54,884 bases of DNA from Bacillota bacterium (lineage in GTDB: Bacteria; Bacillota; Clostridia; Lachnospirales; Lachnospiraceae), in the NCBI GenBank assembly GCA_023419655.1, contig JAEZXP010000154.1, forward strand, positions 1 to 54,884, given 5' to 3'. This document shows positions 20,062 to 29,322 of the stretch, one piece after another. Position 1 is the stretch's first letter; every line of letters starts with the position of its first letter. The translations under genes were made by a program, and so were the position numbers. The notes under the pieces are model-generated. The model worked only from the letters and a program-made list of their open reading frames with translations, searched no databases and was not told where the DNA came from.

Positions 20062-20090
20062 ATTTTAACATTTTGTTAAAACTTTGTCAA
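20062..20090 (-). promoter_or_regulatory. Sigma-A promoter overlapped by a palindromic operator
   Basis: TTGACA-N17-TAAAAT; perfect inverted repeat TTTTAACA-N3-TGTTAAAA at 20063-20081. Confidence 0.75.
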
Positions 20091-20133
20091 TGGGGTGCCT
20101 TCTTTTTGGCGATTTCGTATTCATACGATGCAT

Positions 20134-20823
20134 TTATACCTTAAACCGGTACCCCACTCCCCAGATGGTTTCAATATATTGGGGCTTTGATGTGTTGTAC
20201 TCAATCTTTTCCCGAATCTTTTTGATATGAACGGTGACCGTCGCAATATCGCCGATGGATGCCATATCCCATATTTCTGCGAAAAGCTCTTCCTTTGTAT
20301 ATACATGATTCGGATTCTCAGCCAAAAATGTCAGAAGGTCAAATTCTTTCGTCGTAAATATCTTTTCTTCATCATTAACAAATACCCTTCTGGCCGTCTT
20401 ATCAATCTTGAGGCCTCTAATCTCTATTACCTCATTTTCCTTTTGGCCGGAGCCGATTAAACGGTCATATCTGGCAAGGTGGGCTTTTACTCTGGCAACC
20501 AGCTCGCTAGGGCTGAACGGCTTCGTAATATAATCATCCGCGCCCATTCCCAGGCCCCGGATTTTATCGATGTCGTCCTTCTTTGCGGATACCATAATAA
20601 CAGGTATGTTCTTTTCCTCCCGAATCCGTTTGCAGATTTCAAAGCCATCCATGTTAGGAAGCATCAAATCCAGAATGATTAAGTTGAAATCCTCATTAAG
20701 CGCCCGCTCTTTCCCTCTATTACCCGTCGTCTCCACCTCTACCTCAAAGCCTGAAAGCTCCAGATAATCCTTCTCAAGCTCAGCGATAGCCAATTCATCT
20801 TCAACAATAAGAATTCTTTTCAT
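20134..20823 (-). CDS. OmpR-family response regulator
   Basis: ILIVEDE, LDLMLP, KPFSP, winged-helix ETIWGVGY. Confidence 0.96.
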   Translation of the reverse strand: MKRILIVEDELAIAELEKDYLELSGFEVEVETTGNRGKERALNEDFNLIILDLMLPNMDGFEICKRIREEKNIPVIMVSAKKDDIDKIRGLGMGADDYITKPFSPSELVARVKAHLARYDRLIGSGQKENEVIEIRGLKIDKTARRVFVNDEEKIFTTKEFDLLTFLAENPNHVYTKEELFAEIWDMASIGDIATVTVHIKKIREKIEYNTSKPQYIETIWGVGYRFKV

Positions 20824-20850
20824 CTTTACCTCCATTCCTTTCACTTCCTG

Positions 20851-22326
20851 CTATACCACCTTTTTCAGTGTAAAGCTGATTGTTGTTCCTTCGCCCTTGC
20901 GGCTTACCACCCATATACTTCCAAAGTGGTCCTCGATAACTTTTTTTGCGATGGCCAATCCTAAGCCGCTGCCTCCTGTCTTCGTGCTTCTTGAAGCATC
21001 CGCCCTGTAAAAACGGTCAAATACAAAAGGCAGGTCCTCTCCTTCGATTCCAACTCCGTTGTCCTCTATATCCACCTGAACAAACTCTTCATCATCCATT
21101 ATTCTTATATTGATTATCCCTTCCGATTTGTCCATGTATTTTACCGAATTACCAATGATATTATGAATAACTCTTTTAAGCTGTTCGGCATCCGCAACCA
21201 CCTTAACATCCTGGTCTACGAGATTCTCATAAACCACCTGGATATTCTTAACCTCAAGCTCCAGATGCAAATCCTCTACACAATCTTCAAAATAATCTGC
21301 AATACTGATATTCGTGAAAGAGTAAGGAATGGTGTTCCTGTCAATCCTGGCATAATAAGCCAGCTCATCCACCAGCACAGACATATCATTTGCCTTCATG
21401 TATATCGTCTTTAGATATTTCTCCTGCTTTTCTATCGTATCCGCTATGCCATCCATCAGGCCCTCGGCATATCCTTTGATTGCTGTAAGAGGCGTTTTTA
21501 AGTCATGGGATATGTTGCTGACCAGCTCCTTAATGTCCTCCTCGTATTGCAGTCTGTCCTCGATTAGTTTCTTTAGGCGTAATCTCATGCTTTCAAAATC
21601 ATCACACAGCTGGCCGATTTCATCCTGAGTAATCGCGGTCACTGAATAATCCAGGTTACCCTCCTTAATATGGTCTGTGGCCACCCTAAGGATGTTCAGC
21701 GGTACAAGAATACTTCTATAAATCCAAAATATCAAAAGACTGGCCGTCAAAAACAGAATAATGATAAAGGATATAACACTCTGAATCGCAACCGCCTTAA
21801 TCTGCGGCATAAGAACATTCAAATCCGTTATTACGAATATCGTTCCCTTTGCGCCGTCTTTAAATGTAAAGTCCTGCAATTTAACCAGAAATGGGTCTCT
21901 TCCTCCCAGATAGGTTCCTCCGTCAACTTCCGTACTTCCGCTCCCGTAGTCCGGCAGAAATTCCTTTATCTTTTCCAGTCTGTATTCATTCCCTACATAG
22001 ATATATTCATTGTCCTTTCGTACCGCTAAAAATGAATGCTTTGACTCCAGCTGCTCATTCAGCTCGGTGTAATAATCCTCATCACTGAGCTTTTCAGGAA
22101 GGTTTTGAGAATATAGCTTAATCTCATTGTATATCCCTCTGGTTATCCTGTTAAGAATCTGGATGGGATTGGTGATGACCTGTATTGTCTGGGCTTCCAC
22201 ATCATAGGATTCATGAATAGAATCCATCTGAAAACGGACGATGGTCCCTGCTGTTATAGAGATAAGCACCACCGGCATCGCTATCATAATGAGAAATGCC
22301 ACAATTAATCTATGCTTAATGTTCAT
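20851..22326 (-). CDS. HAMP-containing sensor histidine kinase
   Basis: 2 TM, HAMP, SHDLKTPL, N box, DNGVG, FDRFYR, GSGLGL. Confidence 0.96.
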   Translation of the reverse strand: MNIKHRLIVAFLIMIAMPVVLISITAGTIVRFQMDSIHESYDVEAQTIQVITNPIQILNRITRGIYNEIKLYSQNLPEKLSDEDYYTELNEQLESKHSFLAVRKDNEYIYVGNEYRLEKIKEFLPDYGSGSTEVDGGTYLGGRDPFLVKLQDFTFKDGAKGTIFVITDLNVLMPQIKAVAIQSVISFIIILFLTASLLIFWIYRSILVPLNILRVATDHIKEGNLDYSVTAITQDEIGQLCDDFESMRLRLKKLIEDRLQYEEDIKELVSNISHDLKTPLTAIKGYAEGLMDGIADTIEKQEKYLKTIYMKANDMSVLVDELAYYARIDRNTIPYSFTNISIADYFEDCVEDLHLELEVKNIQVVYENLVDQDVKVVADAEQLKRVIHNIIGNSVKYMDKSEGIINIRIMDDEEFVQVDIEDNGVGIEGEDLPFVFDRFYRADASRSTKTGGSGLGLAIAKKVIEDHFGSIWVVSRKGEGTTISFTLKKVV

Positions 22327-22453
22327 CGATTCACCTGTCCTGCAACTGGATTATTCATATATATTTACAAGTATAACACAGATAATACACCCATGCACAT
22401 AAAGGAACTATGATAAGTATAAAGTTTTTATGAATTCGGCATTATAATTATGC

Positions 22454-23644
22454 CTATCCTAAGTATGCTTTCAATTCCTCTGCCTTATCCGTGCTTTCCC
22501 ATGTAAAGTCCTTATCATTCCTTCCGAAATGTCCATATGCCGCCGTCTTCTTATAGATGGGTCTTCTCAAATCAAGCATCTTAATAATTCCTGCCGGCCG
22601 AAGGTCAAAATGCTTCCTTACAATTGCTACTAATTCGTCGTCTGACAGCTTCCCTGTGCCGAAAGTATCCACCATTACCGAGGTCGGCTCCGCTACTCCA
22701 ATTGCATAAGAAAGCTGTACCTCACAGCGTTTTGCAAGGCCTGCCGCCACAATATTCTTGGCTACATAACGGGCTGCGTATGCCGCAGAGCGGTCAACCT
22801 TCGTATAGTCCTTACCGGAGAAGGCTCCGCCTCCATGTCTTGCATATCCGCCGTAAGTATCCACAATTATCTTTCTTCCGGTAACTCCGCTGTCCCCCTT
22901 CGGACCTCCGATAACAAATCTGCCGGTAGGATTGATATAAAACTTGGTTCTTTCATCAACCAGCTCCCTGGGCAAAACCTCATCGAATATATAATGCCTG
23001 ATATCCTTTCTTAACTGCTCCAAAGATACCTTTTCATCATGCTGGGTAGACAAGACCACCGCATCCAGATGAACCGGCTTTCCATCCCCGTCATATTCTA
23101 CGGTAACCTGGGCTTTGCCGTCCGGTCTGAGATAATCCAAGGTGCCGTCCTTTCTTACCTGCGAAAGCTTGTAGGTCAGCTCATGCGCCAACGATATGGC
23201 ATAGGGCATATATTCCTTTGCCTCGTCCGTTGCATAGCCGTACATCATGCCCTGGTCTCCTGCTCCTATAATTGACAGGTCTGTGTCATCCGCCGGGTTC
23301 TCCTTTGCTTCATAGGACTTATCAACCCCAAGAGCGATATCCGGTGACTGCTCATTAATCGATACGATTACGCCGCAGGTGTCTGCATCAAAACCGTACT
23401 GCGACCTGTCATATCCTATCTCCCTTATGGTATCTCTGACAACCTTCGGAATATCCACATAGCCCTGTGTGGTGATTTCACCCATTACAAGAACCAGGCC
23501 TGTCGTTATCGCCGTTTCGCATGCCACTCTGCTCATCGGGTCCTGTCTTAACAGTTCGTCTAATATCGCATCTGAAATCTGGTCACAAATCTTATCCGGA
23601 TGACCTTCGGTTACTGATTCTGAAGTAAATAATCTTTTTATCAT
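22454..23644 (-). CDS. metK: S-adenosylmethionine synthetase
   Basis: [28 protein letters not shown]. Confidence 0.98.
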   Translation of the reverse strand: MIKRLFTSESVTEGHPDKICDQISDAILDELLRQDPMSRVACETAITTGLVLVMGEITTQGYVDIPKVVRDTIREIGYDRSQYGFDADTCGVIVSINEQSPDIALGVDKSYEAKENPADDTDLSIIGAGDQGMMYGYATDEAKEYMPYAISLAHELTYKLSQVRKDGTLDYLRPDGKAQVTVEYDGDGKPVHLDAVVLSTQHDEKVSLEQLRKDIRHYIFDEVLPRELVDERTKFYINPTGRFVIGGPKGDSGVTGRKIIVDTYGGYARHGGGAFSGKDYTKVDRSAAYAARYVAKNIVAAGLAKRCEVQLSYAIGVAEPTSVMVDTFGTGKLSDDELVAIVRKHFDLRPAGIIKMLDLRRPIYKKTAAYGHFGRNDKDFTWESTDKAEELKAYLG

Positions 23645-23683
23645 ATCTTTTCCTCCATTTTTTAATATTAAGTATCAGAAAAT

Positions 23684-23826
23684 AAAAAAGCCCCTGTAAT
23701 AAGGGGACTTGATGAACATAACCAAACCCTCTTATTGTTCGATTACTCGCTCAGGTTGGCACCTTCCGTTTGCCGGGGTTGCCGTGACTTCATAGAGCCT
23801 TACCTCTCCGTCACTCTGAATAAGAG
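23684..23826 (-). promoter_or_regulatory. SAM-I (S-box) riboswitch (aptamer 23729-23826) with terminator
   Basis: CUCUUAUUCAGAG..GGCAACC..GGUGCCAA..AAUAAGAG; terminator AGUCCCCU/AGGGGCU-U6; directly upstream of metK. Confidence 0.95.
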
Positions 23827-24062
23827 AAATTATTATTTACTATTATACTTTAGCTATGATAATATATGTTATTCAGTCATATGTCAAGTTTTTTCTATAA
23901 ATTCCTATTTTTAATCCCCAAATCCACATGCTATGTGCGCTATTTATACAAAATTATTGACTTTTCGCCATAATCTTACTATACTGAAATTAACTAATTT
24001 AATAATGCTTACTACTATTATGGAAGGAGCGCCCAGTATATAAAAAAGGCGGTTAAAACCAT

Positions 24063-25145
24063 ATGAACACTGTTAAAATTTTAACTTCGCAAGCTATACC
24101 CGGAATGGTTGTATCAGAGAACGTATATACTAAGGACCTTCATATGGTAATTAGTAAAGGCACAGCTCTTACAGACAAAATTATAACGAGGCTCGAATTT
24201 TATTCTATAACAGATTTCTCTGTGTATTCTGACGATGATTTATTTGAACAGGAGCCGGAATATATTGAGAACACCTTTTATAGTGAAATCAAAAAAAGCG
24301 AGACTTTTAAACGCTTCTGTAAGACCTATCAAAATGTTACCGACAATGTCAGAACCGCTATGGACGATGTCGTTAACCATGACAAAGAAATTAATCCCGG
24401 GCAGCTTTTATCGGACGTAAGTAAAATTCTATATCATTGCAACACCAATATCGAGCTGTTCAATATGCTCCATACCATGAGAGAATATGACGACCCTACC
24501 TATACCCACAGTCTGAATGTGTCTCTGATGTGCAATATCTTAGCAAAATGGCTTCACTTCTCTACGGAAGACATCGAGATTGTTACCTTGAGCGGTCTGC
24601 TTCATGATATCGGTAAGCTGTTAATTCCAAATACGATTCTGGGAAAGCCGTCAAAGCTGACGGACACGGAATTTAGCGAGATAAAGACGCACACCGTAAA
24701 GGGATACAAGCTATTAAGGGATAAGAAACTTGATGAAAGGATACAAAGTGTTGCCCTTATGCATCATGAGCGATGTGACGGCAGCGGCTATCCCAACGGA
24801 CTTATAAGCCATGAAATTGACCCGCTTGCCAAGCTTCTCGCTATCGTTGATGTATATGATGCCATGACCTGTGCCAGAGTATACAGAGACCCTTTATGTC
24901 CCTTTGATGTTATCAGTCTTTTTGAAGCAGAGGGTTATTTAAAATACGATACGAAATTCCTCTTGACGTTTCTTGAAGGAATTGCAATGACGTATATCAA
25001 TAACAATGTACGGCTGAGTAACCAGATAGAAGGTGAGATAATCCTCATCAATAAGTTTGAGCTCTCAAGACCCGTCATTAAGGCCGGGGACCAGTTCATC
25101 GATTTGTCAAAGCATCGGAATCTTTATATCGAGTCCTTGATATAA
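24063..25145 (+). CDS. HD-GYP c-di-GMP phosphodiesterase (paralog of 1706..2776)
   Basis: LLHDIGK, HHERCDGSGYP, DVYDAM. Confidence 0.93.
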   Translation: MNTVKILTSQAIPGMVVSENVYTKDLHMVISKGTALTDKIITRLEFYSITDFSVYSDDDLFEQEPEYIENTFYSEIKKSETFKRFCKTYQNVTDNVRTAMDDVVNHDKEINPGQLLSDVSKILYHCNTNIELFNMLHTMREYDDPTYTHSLNVSLMCNILAKWLHFSTEDIEIVTLSGLLHDIGKLLIPNTILGKPSKLTDTEFSEIKTHTVKGYKLLRDKKLDERIQSVALMHHERCDGSGYPNGLISHEIDPLAKLLAIVDVYDAMTCARVYRDPLCPFDVISLFEAEGYLKYDTKFLLTFLEGIAMTYINNNVRLSNQIEGEIILINKFELSRPVIKAGDQFIDLSKHRNLYIESLI

Positions 25146-25173
25146 AATGATTTAAATGGATAATTATTTTAGA

Positions 25174-25215
25174 AAGCTGCTATATTGACACGCTTGTCAG
25201 CATAGCAGCTCTTTT
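25174..25215. terminator. Bidirectional terminator
   Basis: AGCTGCTAT..TGACA-loop-TGTCA..ATAGCAGCT plus T-run, between convergent genes. Confidence 0.75.
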
Positions 25216-25233
25216 TATTTTTATTCTATTTAT

Positions 25234-26535
25234 CTAGCTTACTTTTAATTTAAACTTACGAATTGCCTTCGTATCATTGGAGTCCACCTTAACCATGGCG
25301 GCTCCTAACTGCTGCATCTTATTTTCAAAATCCTCGTATCCCCGTTCAATGTATTCAACATTTTCGACGATTGTATAGCCCTCTGCCATCAGACCGGCCA
25401 TAACCAGTGCCGCCCCGCCTCTCAAATCAGAGGCACTTACAATTGCTCCGGTAAGGCGTTCCACTCCGGTGATAATTGCAGTGTTACTCTCTACCACCTT
25501 AATGGATGCTCCCATCTTGGTCAATTCATCAACAAACTTAAATCGATTTTCAAAAATACTCTCTGTTACAATGCTTGTGCCATTTGACAAAGACAGCAGT
25601 GTCGTCATTAAAGGCTGCATATCTGTCAGAAATCCGGGATAAGCCAAGGTCCTTACATGGGCACTGCCCGGCCTGGTATCTGCTATAATACGAACCGCAT
25701 CGTCATATTCTTCTACCTTAACGCCAACTTCCAGAAGCTTTGCTGTAAAAGCCTCCAGATGCTTGGGAATCACATTCTTAACAAGAACATTTCCCATTGA
25801 AGCGGCTGCTGCAAACATAAATGTACCTGCCTCTATCTGGTCGGGAATAATGGAATACTCGCTTCCATGAAGCCTTGATACGCCCTTTATACGGATAACA
25901 TCTGTTCCGGCTCCTTTTATGTTGGCACCCATACTATTTAAGAAGTTCGCCACATCAACCACATGGGGCTCTTTGGCGGCATTCTCAAGCGTTGTCTGAC
26001 CCTCTGCCATGCTGGCAGCCAGCATAACATTAATCGTTGCACCTACACTGGATTCATCAAAATAGATTGATGCACCGGTCAGCTTCTCTGCTTTCGCACA
26101 GATTAATCCATGCTCAATCTTTACCTCTGAGCCCAGGGCATCAAATCCTTTAATATGTCTGTCTATCGGTCTGCTGCCGATGTTGCAGCCACCGGGCAGC
26201 GCTATCTCTGCTTGATTGTATTTACCAAGCAAGGCTCCTACGAGATAATAGGACCCTCTTATCTTTCTGACACTATCGGAATCAGCTCTTACTTTATTCA
26301 TTCTGGAAGCATTAATCCGGATTGTGTGCTTATTCACACGGTCTACCTTGGCTCCCAGCTCTTCAATCACCTTTAATAATATATTGATATCACTAATTTC
26401 AGGAACATTCTCTATCTTAACAGTCTCATCCGTCATAATCGCAGCTGCAATTATTCCCAGTGCTGCATTCTTATAACCGCTGATTGATACCTCTCCTCTT
26501 AACGGTCTTCCACCCTTTATAATATATTGCTCCAT
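25234..26535 (-). CDS. murA: UDP-N-acetylglucosamine 1-carboxyvinyltransferase
   Basis: KNAAL, LPGGCNIGSRPID (catalytic Cys), NAAKEP, DLRGGAAL. Confidence 0.96.
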   Translation of the reverse strand: MEQYIIKGGRPLRGEVSISGYKNAALGIIAAAIMTDETVKIENVPEISDINILLKVIEELGAKVDRVNKHTIRINASRMNKVRADSDSVRKIRGSYYLVGALLGKYNQAEIALPGGCNIGSRPIDRHIKGFDALGSEVKIEHGLICAKAEKLTGASIYFDESSVGATINVMLAASMAEGQTTLENAAKEPHVVDVANFLNSMGANIKGAGTDVIRIKGVSRLHGSEYSIIPDQIEAGTFMFAAAASMGNVLVKNVIPKHLEAFTAKLLEVGVKVEEYDDAVRIIADTRPGSAHVRTLAYPGFLTDMQPLMTTLLSLSNGTSIVTESIFENRFKFVDELTKMGASIKVVESNTAIITGVERLTGAIVSASDLRGGAALVMAGLMAEGYTIVENVEYIERGYEDFENKMQQLGAAMVKVDSNDTKAIRKFKLKVS

Positions 26536-26876
26536 TGCACACCTCGTATTTTATCTATTTTGTTGCACATTATGCCTATAATTCAGCTATTATTTTTGTT
26601 GAATTTTAATCCGCTATTCTGATTATACCACAATGTGGGTTTTTGTAAATCGTTTTTTGCCCAAATTAATCCCTCCCCTTCTTTACCTGTTTTATTTGAT
26701 AGAATTATTCTTTATCATCTGCATTTTTATATTCAAATAAATCTGTGAAAAAGAAAGGAAATTATAATGCATTGTATTTCTTGAAGATAAATCATATCCA
26801 TGGTATAATGTCAAAAAGATACTATATCACAGAAGAATTCACTAATGAACTTTTATACTTCCTAGGAGATGATAAA

Positions 26877-27218
26877 ATGCCCCCAAATTACATAACCATT
26901 GAATCCGTTACCGGAGGTGTTTCAAATCGTGTAAAGCAGGATTTAAAATTTAAAACCGGCAACTTTGTATGGCGTATAAAATTTTCCGCTCCGCTTAAGC
27001 CTTCCACGGTTAACAATGCCAATCTGAATGTTACAACTGTGAATAATACGCCGTTACTAACAAATATACGCTATGATACAGTAAATAATTATATCGAAAT
27101 TGAGCCTTTGGAGCCATATAATAAAAACGAATCCTATTTATTACATGTCTCTGACAGAGTACAGTCTAAAAAAGGTCAAAGGCTCCAAAATAATATTACC
27201 ATTCAATTCAAGGTATAA
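26877..27218 (+). CDS. Small Ig-like (SbsA/Big_5-like) domain protein
   Basis: WRIKFSAPLKPSTVN..IEIEPLEPY....SY.L.VS..VQS..G..L pattern; AGGAG RBS; no signal peptide. Confidence 0.72.
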   Translation: MPPNYITIESVTGGVSNRVKQDLKFKTGNFVWRIKFSAPLKPSTVNNANLNVTTVNNTPLLTNIRYDTVNNYIEIEPLEPYNKNESYLLHVSDRVQSKKGQRLQNNITIQFKV

Positions 27219-27221
27219 AGA

Positions 27222-29147
27222 TTAATTAAAATCTTCCGGTAATATGGACAGGACATCAGCATCTGCAAGCTTGCCTTCTGCGACAAGCCTGGATAGTTGT
27301 TTTCCTGTCCTTAAATCTGCTGATGTCATTGCTTTTTCTGCATATTTTGAAATCTCTTCCAGCTGTTTTTCTTTTTTTGTATTCTCTATTATTTTGTCTG
27401 CTCCATGTTCAAATGCTGCCCGTGCCGATTGCTGTAACTCATATTCCCTGAGAAATATTTTTGTATAGCCAAAGCCTAAGATATCCTCCCTTGAGTACCC
27501 CGGAAGATGTATCCTGTTCTTAAATAACTCCATCAGCTTAGGGCATTCTCTGAATAATCGATTCATATTCTTCTTATTCTCTTCAAAAATAACAGCCACC
27601 TCTCCCCGAAAATACTTTATCAGCTCCAATAGCTTATCGATTGTCGGCCTTTTCAGTTCACTGGCATTTTCAATAACAAGACAGCTGTTTCTTAATTCCT
27701 CCCTCATGGCTGTAATGTTGATTTCATTCAGTTTTTCTGCTGATATCTTCGCTATTTTGGATGTTTTAAGCTTGCCCGTCTTATTTAAAAATATGGCAAT
27801 ATCCTTGGCTAAAGTAGTTTTTCCCGAAGAAGGCTCTCCTGTTATAATCATTTGAACGCTTTTTGTGCGCTTGCTCATAATTAATTCCAGGCTGTTCGCC
27901 AGCTGTTTTTGAATGGATTTTATATGAAGGAAGTTTCCAAACATCTGATAGATATCTATCCCAAGACTTTCTGATAATTCATCCAGCCTGTCTAAATCCT
28001 CGTTCGTTTCCCCGGTCCTTATAAAATTATATAGGCTGCTTCCAGCTTCTTTTTCAGAGGCCCTATCTCCGGTCTCATTATGCTCTTCCATCAAAGAATC
28101 CTCGGCTGTGATATCCGGGTAGTCCTTTTGCTCCTTCGCCAAAAGAATATCGACTTCCTTCCCTACATTCTCCTCCAGTTCTCTTAATATACTATCTTCC
28201 TCTTTAACCTCGATATTATATTCATACGGTTCTCTTTCATCATATTCCGGGCCGTCGGTATCTTCTCCGTCTTCGATTTCTTCCCGGGCTTCTAACGCTT
28301 CTTTTCCTGACCGGTATTCCAAGCCTTCTTTCGCTTCTCTTCTTTCCCAATATGCCAGGCTTTCTCCGTCTTCTATTCCTTCACGGTATTCTGAATCCTC
28401 CCTGTCTTCTGCTCCTTCGCGGTATTCTAAATTTTCTCCGTCTTCTATTTTGTCGCGGTCTTCCAAAGCTTCCCTGTCTTTGGGATATTCTGTCTCGTCA
28501 TTATTTGTATCCGATGTTATACTGTTTTGTGAAGCCCTGTTCTTAAGGTTCTTAATAATCTCATCCTTATCCACTTCTCCGGAATAATAAGCCTTTAGAA
28601 TCTTAGCCTTCTCCACATAGCTTCCCTCACCAAACCACAGGATAAGGTCCGAGCATTCCTGAATACACTCCTTTTCCATACCTGCTTTATAATAAAGCTT
28701 TGCCAGTTCATAAGCCCATTTTTCAATATAGCTATATTCCTTTAATTTTTTTAGAGAATCGATTAATACAATATAGGGTTCTTTCTTCGCCTTATTTATT
28801 TTGTATCTGAATATGTATATACTGAAATCATTTGGTGCTGCCTGCTCGTATTCCTTCAAAAAGCTTTCCGCTTCCTCGATATTTTTCCTGCCGATGGATG
28901 CAATCACCATCTGATACAGGATTCTTCTCGTTCTTGATTTTTTATATACTCTATAAAGCAGTTCCATGGCTTCATCATATCGTTCATTTTGAATATATAT
29001 CTCCGCAAAAAGAGTCAGGTCCGCTATATTTTTTATCTTTTTTAATATCATGGTGTCTATTATCTTCTGAGCCGCATCAAAATCGCCTTCCTGCGCTCTT
29101 CTTCTAATCTCTTCTGTCTTAACGATATTTTCATAGCTTCCCATCAC
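27222..29147 (-). CDS. TPR-repeat + acidic linker + AAA+ (CbbX/SpoVK-like) domain protein
   Basis: Helical TPR-like N-terminus; Walker A GEPSSGKTT; degenerate Walker B CLVIENA. Confidence 0.75.
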   Translation of the reverse strand: MMGSYENIVKTEEIRRRAQEGDFDAAQKIIDTMILKKIKNIADLTLFAEIYIQNERYDEAMELLYRVYKKSRTRRILYQMVIASIGRKNIEEAESFLKEYEQAAPNDFSIYIFRYKINKAKKEPYIVLIDSLKKLKEYSYIEKWAYELAKLYYKAGMEKECIQECSDLILWFGEGSYVEKAKILKAYYSGEVDKDEIIKNLKNRASQNSITSDTNNDETEYPKDREALEDRDKIEDGENLEYREGAEDREDSEYREGIEDGESLAYWERREAKEGLEYRSGKEALEAREEIEDGEDTDGPEYDEREPYEYNIEVKEEDSILRELEENVGKEVDILLAKEQKDYPDITAEDSLMEEHNETGDRASEKEAGSSLYNFIRTGETNEDLDRLDELSESLGIDIYQMFGNFLHIKSIQKQLANSLELIMSKRTKSVQMIITGEPSSGKTTLAKDIAIFLNKTGKLKTSKIAKISAEKLNEINITAMREELRNSCLVIENASELKRPTIDKLLELIKYFRGEVAVIFEENKKNMNRLFRECPKLMELFKNRIHLPGYSREDILGFGYTKIFLREYELQQSARAAFEHGADKIIENTKKEKQLEEISKYAEKAMTSADLRTGKQLSRLVAEGKLADADVLSILPEDFN

Positions 29148-29322
29148 TTTTCCTCCTTATCAATAATTCCTTTCATGTAATCTTTTCCCTTGCTTCTATA
29201 CTATCATTTGTCACCGGTTTGCACAAGCTATAAACCCCTGATTTTCTTGGAATAATTACAAAAAATGCCACAACGGAACATTTCTTTCTCCCTTGTGGCA
29301 TAGATTTTTAATTCCTGTATAT

